Assembly: GCA_021613535.1 (NCBI GenBank)
Contig: CP075494.1
Location: 868,001-932,000, forward strand
Source: Adineta vaga
Lineage: Eukaryota; Animalia; Rotifera
DNA: 64,000 nt
Direction: 5' to 3'
The notes beneath the pieces were generated by a model. That model ran no database searches. It was not told the origin of the DNA and saw only the letters and a program-made list of their open reading frames with translations. Positions within the stretch are counted from its first letter, which is position 1; each line of letters begins with the position of its first letter. A program made the position numbers and the translations under genes. This document shows, piece after piece, positions 38,451 to 49,851 of the stretch.

Positions 38451-39041
38451 ACATATCTTCTCACTTTGTTCGATTTTTTCCAACATGTGTTAATTATTGT
38501 ACAGAATGACTAGTGTTTTATCATGCAAATACGTTTGATTGTCAATCACTTAAAATAAACTTATCTTTTTAACATATTATCAATTGTTTATTACCCAATT
38601 CTTATGTTCCCAAAGAATAGCACATTCATACCATCATTGTATATTCTGCTTTTAAACGTGATATATCACAAAATCGTGACACAAATTTAATCGGACTACT
38701 ACTTACGAAATGAGAACACATCAGATTAGTTGTTCAAATCAAGCCATTCGCTAGACTCAATACGATAAACCAGAACAATCATTCCCTAATCAAAACAATC
38801 TATAAATATTACCCTCTTGTAATAATTAGATATGCTATAGAATCTACAACAAAAAAATATACCATAACACTTACTCTAATCTCTCCGAGCATTAAATTAT
38901 ATCATGAATTTCCTTGTACCACTATAATTCATAAAACAACTAAATATCCCTTTTCGATTGAAACGATCCTTTTGAATATCTTCGGATATTTGAAATAGAT
39001 CGAGTTCGTTACTTTTGATTTTTTAATCGAAATGTAAATAT

Positions 39042-39088
39042 TACCATCTGATGATTCTCTTTGCCGAGATGAAATCGCGATTATGGTA
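39042..39088 (+). ncRNA. Type I hammerhead ribozyme at the Terminon 3' end
   Basis: taccat-CTGATGA-ttctc tttgcc gagat-GAAA-tcgcga-TT^atggta, with a palindromic stem III. Confidence 0.9.
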
Positions 39089-39094
39089 GCTAGT

Positions 39095-39116
39095 ACTCAC
39101 CCTCACCCTCAAGATG
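39095..39116 (-). repeat. Telomeric tract anchoring the Terminon 3' end to host DNA
   Basis: ACTCACCCTCACCCTCA-AGATG, which reads CATCT-TGAGGG-TGAGGG-TGAGT on the minus strand. Confidence 0.88.
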
Positions 39117-39501
39117 TCCATGTCTTGATTTCGGCGCATTTTGATGCACTTTGATATTATCTTTCCTTGCTTTTTTTCTATCGATGGATGGGTATATAAA
39201 CGTGTGTCTTATATTAGAACGATGCGATTATTGAGAGGAAGAAATAAATATAGGCGCAGTATCACTTCCATCAAAAAACGTCACATTCAGTAACATAAAA
39301 TGTATTTTTTGTATTATTTCTTTTTGTGTAAGGCAAAATTACGTTTGATAAATTTTCGGCGAGAACATACGAGATATATCCAATATATGTTCTTAACACA
39401 TAGAATAGGCTAACTCAATGATTTACTTGAATTTAATCCAGCAAAAAATAAGTTGATAGTCAAAGGGCTAAATGTAAAGATGTAACAACAAAGCGCATTA
39501 A

Positions 39502-39875
39502 CCCTTGTAGTAACAAGTAAGCCATTTTTGACCCATATCAAAAAGTTTGAAAGCAGAATAGAAATTTTTTGTCACTCTTTTTTTCATTCCTTGATTAGTC
39601 TTTTTTATTTCTACTATCGGATGATATGATCATTGGCATGTTGGCATTCATATGCGCACGTTCTTTCTAGAAGTGAAAAGATAATATCTTCTGATGTTAT
39701 ACTTGGTTGACGGTTCGATAATTCATAAAAAGGAAATCTTTATTTTGACTTTCTTTATCGAATCGAATATGAGGGTAGCATATTATGACTTAAATATTCA
39801 TGGAAAAATAAATAAATGATATAACAAAAGCGTATACTGCTAGTGAAATGCAAAAAAGGCTCGGTACTACTAGGG
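39502..39875. mobile_element. piggyBac-family MITE
   Basis: TTAA-CCCTTGTAGTA...TACTACTAGGG-TTAA. Confidence 0.8.
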
Positions 39876-39951
39876 TTAAACCTAACGAAAACTAATACTC
39901 TAGTTACAGATTGTTGCGCTTTAAAGGAAACAAGTTCTACGAATCATATGT

Positions 39952-40785
39952 TTATTGTTCATTCATCACTTGCGGTCTTATTCGATTAGGACAGCAACAA
40001 GACCATGGATAATGTCCATTTTTTTTCTTGTACATTGATATGAAGGCCCACAACCATGCGACAAAACCCAGGCAAAATACGATTATCAAACATATTTTGG
40101 CTAATATAGATATTTGCATTGGACCTGTGTACTTTTGAATAACTAAAAGAGCCCCTAACGGCAGAAATGGTAACCATATTCAGCAGATAGCTTTGTAGGG
40201 CTGGTCTTTGTAGGCTGATATATAGTAGACTAATGGCATAATGGAAGAGATAATACCAAGTAAACCTCCAGAAACACCAATAACGTCAATTACATCACGA
40301 GCAGTTTGGTATCTGAGGATCCATCCAAAACACCACGCTTCTTGAGCAGCGCTGGGAGACATTGCGATATCACCAGGATTACAATAGAATGAATAGTTTC
40401 CATAAAAGCATTCAACTGGATACTCGGGACACGGATCACCGATAACCACACCCACGCTGGCTAACACGCAGCCTTCAAATATGATCGTCAGAAGAGTTGC
40501 AAGTATTGAACTAGTTAAAAAGTAACTGACACAGCTCGTCCAATTGGTTGATTCTATGGCATCATCGAATTCAACGTAGATAACCGTTTCAATTTTTTCT
40601 ACCGTGTCGTTCGCCTCATTGGCAGCTGGGTTTCTATCCCGACGCACATAGTGAGTGCCAATAACTTGCTTGAAAAGAAAGTTTCGAGCCTCCTTTGTTA
40701 CCAATTTCAGAAACAGCCCAATCATTCCGAAGAAAACGACTGGAGCTACATAGGATATAACACCATAAAGGAGTCCACGGTCCAT
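39952..40785 (-). pseudogene. Multi-pass membrane protein with one in-frame TGA
   Basis: The 201-aa ORF continues in frame after TGA 40180-82 (IWLPFLPLGALLVIQ...KICLIIVFCLGFVAWLWAFISM...) to TAA at 39952. Confidence 0.7.
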
Positions 40786-40885
40786 AACTGAATAGCTAAA
40801 ACAAATGAGAAGACATTACTACTTTAGTACGTCACTATTGAGTGATCAACAGAGATGAGCAAATCAAGTCTCACTTGACTTGTTC

Positions 40886-41188
40886 GAGGGCTGTGCAAAT
40901 ACCAGTACAAATTGTACTCTGGATTTTGTTAAAAATCCTGTCTATCAGATAATGCTAGATTCACTGACTTTGTACTCCGATGTACTGTGATTTATCATCA
41001 TCTACTCTCATGTACTGGCATGTGTTGATCTACTTTAAGTCTGAAAAAGTTAGAATCAGTTAGCTTGTGCTGTCATGTACTCAGTACATGACAGTACATA
41101 ACAGTATATGAGAATACATGTGTATTCGATATGCATGTTTTATAACAAATTTCACAGTACAATTTGTATTAGTATTTGCGCAGCTCTG
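40886..41188. mobile_element. hAT-family MITE
   Basis: 8-bp TSD ACTTGTTC at 40878-85 and 41189-96. TIR sAGrGCTGyGCAAATACyArTACAAATTGTACT. Confidence 0.9.
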
Positions 41189-42769
41189 ACTTGTTCATTT
41201 CTGAGGAGTAGAAAGTGATCCTAGAAATATAAACTTTTACAGTTTTTATGTTACATGTTAATTCCTAAACTTTGGCTGCTTAACTAGAACAAAGTAGGAG
41301 AAAAACAGCAAATATATTTAGATTAGAAATGATACGCAAGAAGAAAAACACAGAATGACTGCAATTTCTTTTCTTAGTAATGAAGAAGAGATTGCAGACA
41401 AACCAGACACATTTTTTTCTCATTATTTTATATTCCAAGTCACTAATCGACGATCTCCTTCTATTTTTTCCGGGTTCTTATTTTTCTCTTCTACACACAA
41501 AATTTTTGATCTTTTCTGTTTCTAATCTGCATGGAAGACGTTTGTAAAATAGTAAAGAAAGGCGAGAACGAGGCCGTCGATTTGTAACTTGAAAAATACA
41601 GTGATAAAAAAAGAACTTCACCTAGTCTGGTTGTAATTTCCTTTTAATTAGCGGTAAAGAAAATGTCTTTCCTTCCTCGTTTTTGCATTCGATGTGATAA
41701 TCCGAACACCCATGCAATCCTCAGCGAGTTTTTTTTCTTGCTTTCTTGACGCGAGACGAGCGTATTGACACTGAACTTTTACCAACCGTAATTAAAATCT
41801 CATTATGACATTCTGTTCGAATACATGCTCTCATTCGATATAGTAGTTCTATGGATGATTAGCGCATTCTATGCATTCCAAAAACACTTCATAGTGACTT
41901 TGTATTGATAAATTATTATTGGTTCCTATATGAATGCAATAGCTTCGGATTAAAGAATCGACTTCTTATAAATGAATGAATAAGAATGCTGTTCTTAATT
42001 TAAAAAAAGAAAATGATCAATCAATTGTTTTGCGAAGCCGAGAAAAAACTGAAAAATCATCTCCAATTTTTGATGCTGGTCGAAATCTCAATCGGAAAAT
42101 CTATTTCTTGACAAAACTCTGAGGAGTACCAGGCGATATTTTATGTGATCTTCAAATCGGGAGAGACTGACCGATTACAATTCTGATATTTAGTATTATT
42201 CAAGGTATTGTGACACTCACATATAATTGTATCCTGCTTCGATAAAATCATCCAAAGATTACTTAATAATAAATTTTTATCATTTTATTATAATGCGATT
42301 TTAATAAAGAATTGCCTTCAATAGATAATATGAATCAATATGAGTTAATAGTTGGATAATTTCAATTAACATTTTAGTGAAATGACTAAATTTAATTATA
42401 TTCAACATACATTGTTAATCATCAATCCATCATTGATTTATTTTAATACAATAGAAGTAAAAGATGTTATTATGATCTTTACGTTTTCTTCAACATCAAA
42501 AACTGTTTTTCGAAATAGAAAGAAAAAATGTAAATGTAGCAGATATACGTTATAATTAATATAATCGTCAGTTGATACTTAATTCTTTTAATTTAGTAAA
42601 CTTTTGTTTTCAGTAACATTTAAAAGTGATCAAAATTCATATCACAACTATAAACATGTGTTCCTTTTGAACCTTAGACTCTTTGTTTATTCTACCGTAA
42701 TCACTCCCGATTGTATTAGGAACATCGCCTGTATTGTCTCAAAAAGATTTGAATAATTATTTTGAAACA

Positions 42770-42830
42770 TAGGGTGAGGGTGTGAGGGTGAGTATTATGA
42801 AAATGTAATCCTACGACCAATGGTTTCGAC
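42770..42830 (-). ncRNA. Truncated Athena 3' module: half hammerhead plus telomeric tract
   Basis: Minus strand gtc-GAAA-cca t tgg-TC-gtagg...ACTCACCCTCACACCCTCACCCT. The CUGANGA half is absent. Confidence 0.65.
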
Positions 42831-43713
42831 GAGCATCTAGAAGAAAGCTTTGAGTAAGTGTGGAGAAAGTATATAATTTACTTGGATTTAGTATTGTGTT
42901 TAGAGTAGAATATTGAGAATTTTTATCATTGTCATTATGATTTGTTGGGATTAGTGACATTTCATGTTGGTTGTCGTCCTTTTTTTATGAATGTTACAAT
43001 GAAGGGTAGCGAATTTCGTTAGACATCTGAAATGAAAGAAGGAAATAGTATAAAGATTCATTGGAGAAAAAGTATTATAGAAGGAAGCAAAAACTTACGG
43101 TAATATTTATTTTATGTATGAGGGAGCGAAGTATAAAGTGTTTATTAACGTTTAAAATAAGTAAGTAGAAAGGTATTTGTATATTTATTGTAGTAGTTGC
43201 TGTATCGTTGCTGTGGCTATTATCTAGTGTGTTTAAACAGTGTTAGTTAACATTTGTCTACACTGTAAAATAAATGCGGAAACTTCGGATTTTATCCGAA
43301 AGTTATGTGTTCTTCAAAAAGTAAAGACGATGACAGATTGATTTTAATTAATTTATCTAAAATAAATCATCCCTGAGCGCACTAAGGAACCACCCCTTAG
43401 GCCCTGCGGATGCCCTCTTTTTGTCCCTTAAGACGTGGCGAGGAGTTAGTTCCACCGAAGTAATTATCTGTATCAACGGGAACTGCTTTCATTGGCTTTC
43501 CATATCTTTAATGAAAGTATTTCTATGTTATAAAGTCATGTTTATTAAGTCAAAATGCGGTACTAGCTGAGGAGGATTATCTTGAGAAGGTAAAAGAGCA
43601 TCATAATGTGAACCGGTGTAATAAACACAAAGCCCTATTTTGTTTCTGTCTGATTCATATCCAAGGTATATTAAATGACCACCTGCTGTTTTCTTATTAA
43701 ATCGATCGATTAA

Positions 43714-45827
43714 CACATTCGAGGCGATTCAATTTTGGTAAAAAAAATTTTTATTTATTGATTTTCATGTATATTTATCTTCGATAAATACACTCATTGG
43801 CCTTTTCACTGAGTACAATAATTTTTTTTCTTTTGTCTTGTTAATATTCACATGTAGATTATCCTCTTTCTCATCGCATGTGGTAATTGTTTACGTTTGT
43901 TTTTTTTGTATATGTATTACGCAGTAGAAACGAGATAGTGAAATAAAATTTCGTTTTTTTCTTTTGCGTTCTCTTCGTAACATTATCTATGATTCTTTTC
44001 TCTCATTTATATCAAAATAACTGAGGTTTTACGCTGATTTATATGTCGTCTGAAGAAACGGATACAGAAAATAGTGAAAACTCACTGAGTGACGTGAGTT
44101 CATTAGATGATAATTTTGCTGCAATGCAGTTCGAATCTTCAAGTTCCGACGAAGAAGTTACTGATGATGACTTAGATTCACAAGTCTGGAATGAAATAGA
44201 ACAAGAATCGGATGGTGAATTTCTAGAAGATCATGGAATCGTCGAAGAAGTAACACCAACTTCGGAAGATAATACAATCAATCCTGTTGATTGCTATCGA
44301 CATTTTATTACTGACGAAATGATTAGTCTAATGGTTCGTGAAACGAATCGATATGCACAACAACACTTAAAAACCCAAGAACTTAGCAAACGATCAAAAA
44401 CCCTTCAATGGAAACCAACTACTCATGAAGAAATGCTAAAATTTTTGGAAATTATTATTCAGATGGGTTTGGTACAAATGCCGAAAGTGGACTATTACTG
44501 GAGTAAAAGTCAACTGTATGGATCGAAAATTATTCAAAACACAATGTCGAGAGACAAATTTGAATTACTTCTCAAGTTCTTTCATTTTTCGAACAACGAG
44601 GAAAACGATAGAAATCAAGACAGACTAGCGAAGTTGAATCCACTTTTGATCCTACTGAAAGCTAGATTCAAGTCGATTTATATGCCTGGTTCTGTCGTTA
44701 GGGTTGATGAAACAATGGTACCGTGGCGAGATCGACTCTCCTTTAAGCAATACATTCCAGGTAAAGCCCACAAATATGGAGTTAAAATGTACAAAGCAGC
44801 AGACACCAATGGATATACTTGGAATTTTGTAATTTATACAGGAAAACAAAATCCAGTGGCTAACCTCGGACACTCCCAAACAGTTACCATACAATTATTA
44901 GACGATCTTTTTGGATGTTATCGAACTGTAGTAGCTGACAATTTTTTTACGAATATTGCTTTCGCCAAACAATTATTGGAAAATGATACCTACCTCATTG
45001 GAACACTGAGAAGTAATCGTGTTAAATCCGGTAAAGCAGTTGTCCAGAAACAGCTCAAGAAAGGCGAAACTTGTGGACTGCAAAATGGCGATGGTATTAA
45101 GTTGATTAAATGGAAAGCTAAAAGAGAAGTTTTGATGATATCTACCAAACCCTCTCATACATCTTCGCTCGTGGACATTAGAAAAACTACGTCATCTAAC
45201 GAACGGGTTATGAAACCAAAAGTTGTACTCGATTACAATAAAGGAAGACAAGGTACAGATTTGTCGGATCAACTATCGGAGTACTACACATGTCTAAGGC
45301 GATTGATAAAATGGTACCAAAGGGTGGCATTTGAATTGATATTTGGAACATCAATAGTGAATAGTTATTTGATATATAAGGAAAACTATGCAACAGATGA
45401 CATAACGATCCTGCACTTCCGTGAGAGTGTCGTGCGATCTTTACTCCTTGGTGTATCTACTGAAAATCTGAAACCCGGTCCGAGACAACAATCGACAGGT
45501 CATCTGAAACGCAAACTAGCTGATCATAAGCTAGAGGAAATAGAAGGATATGCACGCAATGTTCGAAGACGCTGCACCGGCTGTTATGAAGAAGGAAGGA
45601 AAGTACAATCAAGAGAAGCGAGCTATGCGGCAGCAAAAAAAGTAAAAACTTTTTGTTCTGAATGTGATAAGTTTTTTTGTATTGAATGTTTTAACAAGAA
45701 GCATCGTGTTATGAAATAAAATATTTAACCTTTTGCCGAAGAAAAACGCAGAAGAAAGTGTTTTTCCCTACAGTTTCTTCTTAAAATATAGCGTGGCCCA
45801 CCGGTGGGCCACATCGCCTCGAATGTG
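43714..45827 (+). mobile_element. Full-length piggyBac transposon
   Basis: TTAA TSD at 43710-13 and 45828-31, perfect 15-bp TIR CACATTCGAGGCGAT, and a subterminal palindrome GTGGCCCACCGGTGGGCCAC. Confidence 0.95.
44043..45719 (+). CDS. piggyBac transposase (558 aa, intact ORF)
   Basis: DDD triad VDETM / ADNFF / TDLSD, an acidic N-terminus and a C-terminal Cys-rich domain. Confidence 0.95.
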   Translation: MSSEETDTENSENSLSDVSSLDDNFAAMQFESSSSDEEVTDDDLDSQVWNEIEQESDGEFLEDHGIVEEVTPTSEDNTINPVDCYRHFITDEMISLMVRETNRYAQQHLKTQELSKRSKTLQWKPTTHEEMLKFLEIIIQMGLVQMPKVDYYWSKSQLYGSKIIQNTMSRDKFELLLKFFHFSNNEENDRNQDRLAKLNPLLILLKARFKSIYMPGSVVRVDETMVPWRDRLSFKQYIPGKAHKYGVKMYKAADTNGYTWNFVIYTGKQNPVANLGHSQTVTIQLLDDLFGCYRTVVADNFFTNIAFAKQLLENDTYLIGTLRSNRVKSGKAVVQKQLKKGETCGLQNGDGIKLIKWKAKREVLMISTKPSHTSSLVDIRKTTSSNERVMKPKVVLDYNKGRQGTDLSDQLSEYYTCLRRLIKWYQRVAFELIFGTSIVNSYLIYKENYATDDITILHFRESVVRSLLLGVSTENLKPGPRQQSTGHLKRKLADHKLEEIEGYARNVRRRCTGCYEEGRKVQSREASYAAAKKVKTFCSECDKFFCIECFNKKHRVMK

Positions 45828-46584
45828 TTAAGAAATATCACGCAGTTGCCGGTCCATTTTATGCTTATTGTATCGGAAATTGTATTGATGAACGAAGTAG
45901 AAAGATGACCTTTACGCGCTTTTATAAAGTTAGGTGCTTATATACCGTTTGTATAAACAAATAATATTCTCCGCTACTGATTAATCGATTGTTTGAAATT
46001 TATCACACCAGAGATTATGTTGTGCTTCTCACAAGCAATTCTTATTGTGATGTTCTTTATCTTTCCTTTGTCTTCACCATCAATTTACAGCTACATTATT
46101 ATCAGAACAAATAAAACTGTTACTCCTCTATAAAAATTTGTTGTTATTCTGCGCATAAGCTCACTACTATCTTTTGCTAAAACATTGGAGGTAAGAGACA
46201 GACCACTTTCTTTTCTTTTTTTTATACTTACTCAGATTCACAAAATAAGGGTGAGGACGGAACAGTAAGATACCCGGAAACAAAAACACAACCTATTTCG
46301 TGCTACAGAAGTCGGCAGGATGTTCAGTACTTGTACTAGCGCAGTCTTCTAGAAGAAAAGGAATAAATTTGTGAGCTTATAGAATTTCTAATTCACAAAA
46401 TCGATTTGTTTGAAATATACTCTATTACGCAAAATAATTACAGTGATTGAAATAAACATTCGATTTGATCAGGAGCGAAATTACACGTGAACCTGAACAA
46501 ATCAAGACAAAGCTAGCGATATTTGTCATATCATTCATCAGCAAGCATTGATTTTAGTAGAACACAAACTTTTCGACGATCGAT

Positions 46585-48397
46585 ATGAGTCAAAACACCA
46601 ATTTCGAATTCAATAAACTCACCGACAGCTACTTTCATCATGCATCTTCAGCTTCTTTTCAATATAAAACTGTTGCCAAAAGTTTTGATCAAGTTGCCAT
46701 TCAACATCCTAATCATGTATGCTATATTTTTAAAGGTATAACACCATGAACATTTGTTTAATTTCAATGTTTATTTTTTCATTCTATTTTTGTATATAGA
46801 TAGAGGTGAAGATAAACGTTATACATATGCTATGCTTAAACAAGAAATTGATTGTGTGGCATATTCATTAATCAAATTAGGCTTTAAGAAGAACGATCGT
46901 ATTGGTATTTTCTTACCGAACTCATCCGAAAATATTATCTTCACATATGTTGCATCAAAAATTGGACTTATTCGAGTATATTGAGTCGATCAATTGTAAA
47001 AATATCTATATATATATCCTTGTATCATTTAGGTTCATATAAATCCATTTGCTGTACGTCGAGAGCTTACTCATGCTCTGAAAATAACTGGATGTAAAGG
47101 TATCGTATTACCATCGAATAATACTGCATTAAATACATTACAAGAAGCAATGTCTGATCTCGATCATCAATCAGAATTGAAGAACGTAATTACTCTTGAG
47201 CATATCATTCTTATAGGAGCCAATTCTGATACTATTAAAAATGCACATACATATGACAGTTTGATTAAAGAAGCACATATGAATACGACTGAACAACAAG
47301 CTATACTTGATGAACGTCAATTATCAATTGATCCTAGTTTACCTCTTTCTATCTTATTAACATCCGGTACGACGGGTGAATCGAAAGCAGCAGTTTTAAC
47401 AAATTTCAGTGTGATAAATATTATTGCTTCCAATTGGTATCATTTTGGATCAATATGTGAACGAAGTTGTGCGCCACTATCCATGTTCCATGTATCTGCT
47501 AGTATCTGGCTTGCAATGTTACCATCATTCAGAAAAGGTACAATTATTGTACCAGCTCTGATAGCCAATACAGAAGCAACAATGCGTGCAATTGACGAAG
47601 AAAAATGTACTTTCTTCATGAGTAATCCTACTCTTATTCGCAATATATTTTCACATCCTGATCGAGATAGATATAATTTAGGATCAATACAATATATAGC
47701 TTTAGGCTCAACAACCTTACAACCACAATTTTTACGTGAGTTAGAGTCAAAATTTGGTATTAATCGAGTGGGTCAACTTTACGGAATGACAGAAACAGGA
47801 CCACTTACAGATAGCTTTCATTGTGAAGATGATCGACGACATACATCAGTTGGTCGATGTATGCCACATGTCGAGATCAAAATAGTCGATAATGATGGTC
47901 GAGTAGTATCAATAAAATGTATAGGTGAAATATATGCTCGAAGTCGTTTTATGATGCGTAATTATTATGAAGATAAGGAGAAAACAACTGAAACGATTAC
48001 TGAAGATGGTTGGCTACGAACAGGTGATATGGGAATGATGGATGAAGACGGATATGTGTTTTTTATTGGTCGAAAAAAAGAACTAATTATTCGAGGTGGT
48101 ACGAATATTTGGCCATTTCAAATTGAAAAAACTATCGAAGAACATCACAGTGTTGCCGAAGCATACGTCTTTTCGATTTCTGATCTTGTTGAAGACGAAA
48201 ATTTATGTACATCTGTAAAGCTTAAGCCCGGTGCACAATGTGAAGTTAATGAACTCAAATCTTTTCTTGCTGATAAATTGTCTTCATACAAAATACCTAC
48301 ACACATACATTTTGTAGAGGAATTTAATCGAACTTCAATTGGGAAAGTATCAAAACCAAAATTAGCTGAAGAATTAACCAAAATATTACGTAAATAA
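46585..48397 (+). CDS. AMP-binding acyl-CoA synthetase (ACSF2-like), 3 exons
   Basis: TSGTTGESKA, YGMTE, GWLRTGD, GRKKELIIRGG and GKVSK motifs. Introns at about 46736-46799 and 46976-47032. Confidence 0.92.
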
Positions 48398-49439
48398 ATG
48401 AACGTAAAACTTCAAATATTACATATAAAAAATTTCTATTATATATTATAATCAGATTATCCATATCTACATTCTTTCTTTTACTATTCGAGAAATATTG
48501 TTTGAATAATAAAATGAAGCGAATAGAATGCTTTTTCTTGTATTTCTTTCGTTCACTGTCAAAACGGTGCGATTTATTCAAAAACAAACAAAACAGACAG
48601 TTAATAGAATTTTACTCTTCTGTCGATAGGTAGGCAAAGTTTAAAATAAACGAACAAAAAAACCATTAACTAAAAATGCAGCTTTTGCGATCAATAAAAA
48701 CTATTCTGTGTTTGATGAACGGTGAATACATGAAGAGCAATTCAGTTCTGAAACGTATGTTTTATTCAACTAAGTTTTTTTTAAAAAGGCAAGAGAGGAA
48801 TAATTTTCTTTTTTGATAAAAAATATCACAGGTGCCTTATTATAACGAGAAAAATATTAAATTTCTTTACAAAGAAGTGAATCCAAAGTTGAAATAATAG
48901 ACTCGTTACTTTTGTTTTCATTTCATCAAGCTTACGTTAAAGAGCGAAGTTATGACAACAAAATAAAAAGAAATGTTGCCATCGAGTTTTGCAACTGAAA
49001 AAAAGAGAGAATAAGAAAGACATTGTTTACGACGTCAGTTTAGACTTTTGAAAGTGTGAATGTGAGTGTGAAGATCTCAATAAAGTGACTATGACTGTTC
49101 CGTTCATACACAATGAAAACTACCTCAAGTTTCCTCTTCTGCTAACACTAATTTTTGCATTCTTTACTTCTATACAACATATTCGTTGATTCGAACAAAA
49201 AGTGGTCAATTGACTCGCATGTCAACTTCAACAAACGGAATGATCTTCAATGGTGTGGAAAAAATCCATTTCTAAAAGGTTATAACAAACAGTTAATCTT
49301 AGACTTAGAACATAAATATTATTTATGGACGCGGGTGAGTAATAGTGGATAAGAGACACACATCACTGTATCCACAGTATACACACTTAGGACAACCACG
49401 GTATGCTTCCACTAGTACGAAAGACTAGCAGAAAAGAAA

Positions 49440-49512
49440 TGACTGGAATGGGATCCGAACCCACGACCATCCGATAACATGTCGGCTGCTCTACCAACTG
49501 AGCTATCCGGTC
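49440..49512 (-). tRNA. tRNA-like sequence (TGT anticodon, probably pseudogene or SINE head)
   Basis: GACCGGA TA GCTC AGTTGGTA GAGC A GCCGA CATGTTA TCGGA TGGTC GTGGG TTCGGAT CCCAT TCCAGTC A. Cloverleaf with A/B boxes, but A33 and stem mismatches. Confidence 0.75.
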
Positions 49513-49807
49513 AATCTTAACCAGTTAATGATTAAATACATATCCTGAATATGTATACCAGAACAGTCAATGATATGTTTATTCGTCTCTACTTCTATAT
49601 AGAAATGAATCTATATAGGTACTGCACGAGGACTTAGTCTATCAGATTTGTCATTTGATATAGAACAACAGATCCTTTTATCCACGATTCGAGAATCAGG
49701 ACAGTAAAGGCTACTATATCATCCGAATCTGACAGAACTTGCTTGCAGTAATGTTTCTTGAGGGTTTGTGTGAGGGTGAGTTTAAAGAGAAAAGATTCAA
49801 AGCATAT

Positions 49808-49851
49808 CATACGACTAGTTTCGTCCTTGCTTAAGGGACTCATCAGATATA
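49808..49851 (-). ncRNA. Minimal type I hammerhead ribozyme
   Basis: tatat-CTGATGA-gtcc cttaagcaa ggac-GAAA-ctag-TC^gtatg, with a palindromic ACTAGT stem III. Confidence 0.9.

Larger units (their letters stand above)
28760..39111 (+). mobile_element. Athena/Terminon-type Penelope-like retroelement (about 10.3 kb, decayed)
   Basis: Co-oriented intron-containing ORFs (coiled-coil, CC-RT, TM, R/Q-rich, TM) with no GIY-YIG endonuclease. Bounded by HHR plus CCCTCA modules at both ends. Confidence 0.9.

Noticed and set aside
43261-46445. Possible CACTA/CMC element (CACTGTAA...TTACAGTG) enclosing the OTU-like frame
   Set aside because: Only an 8-bp inverted match and no target-site duplication.
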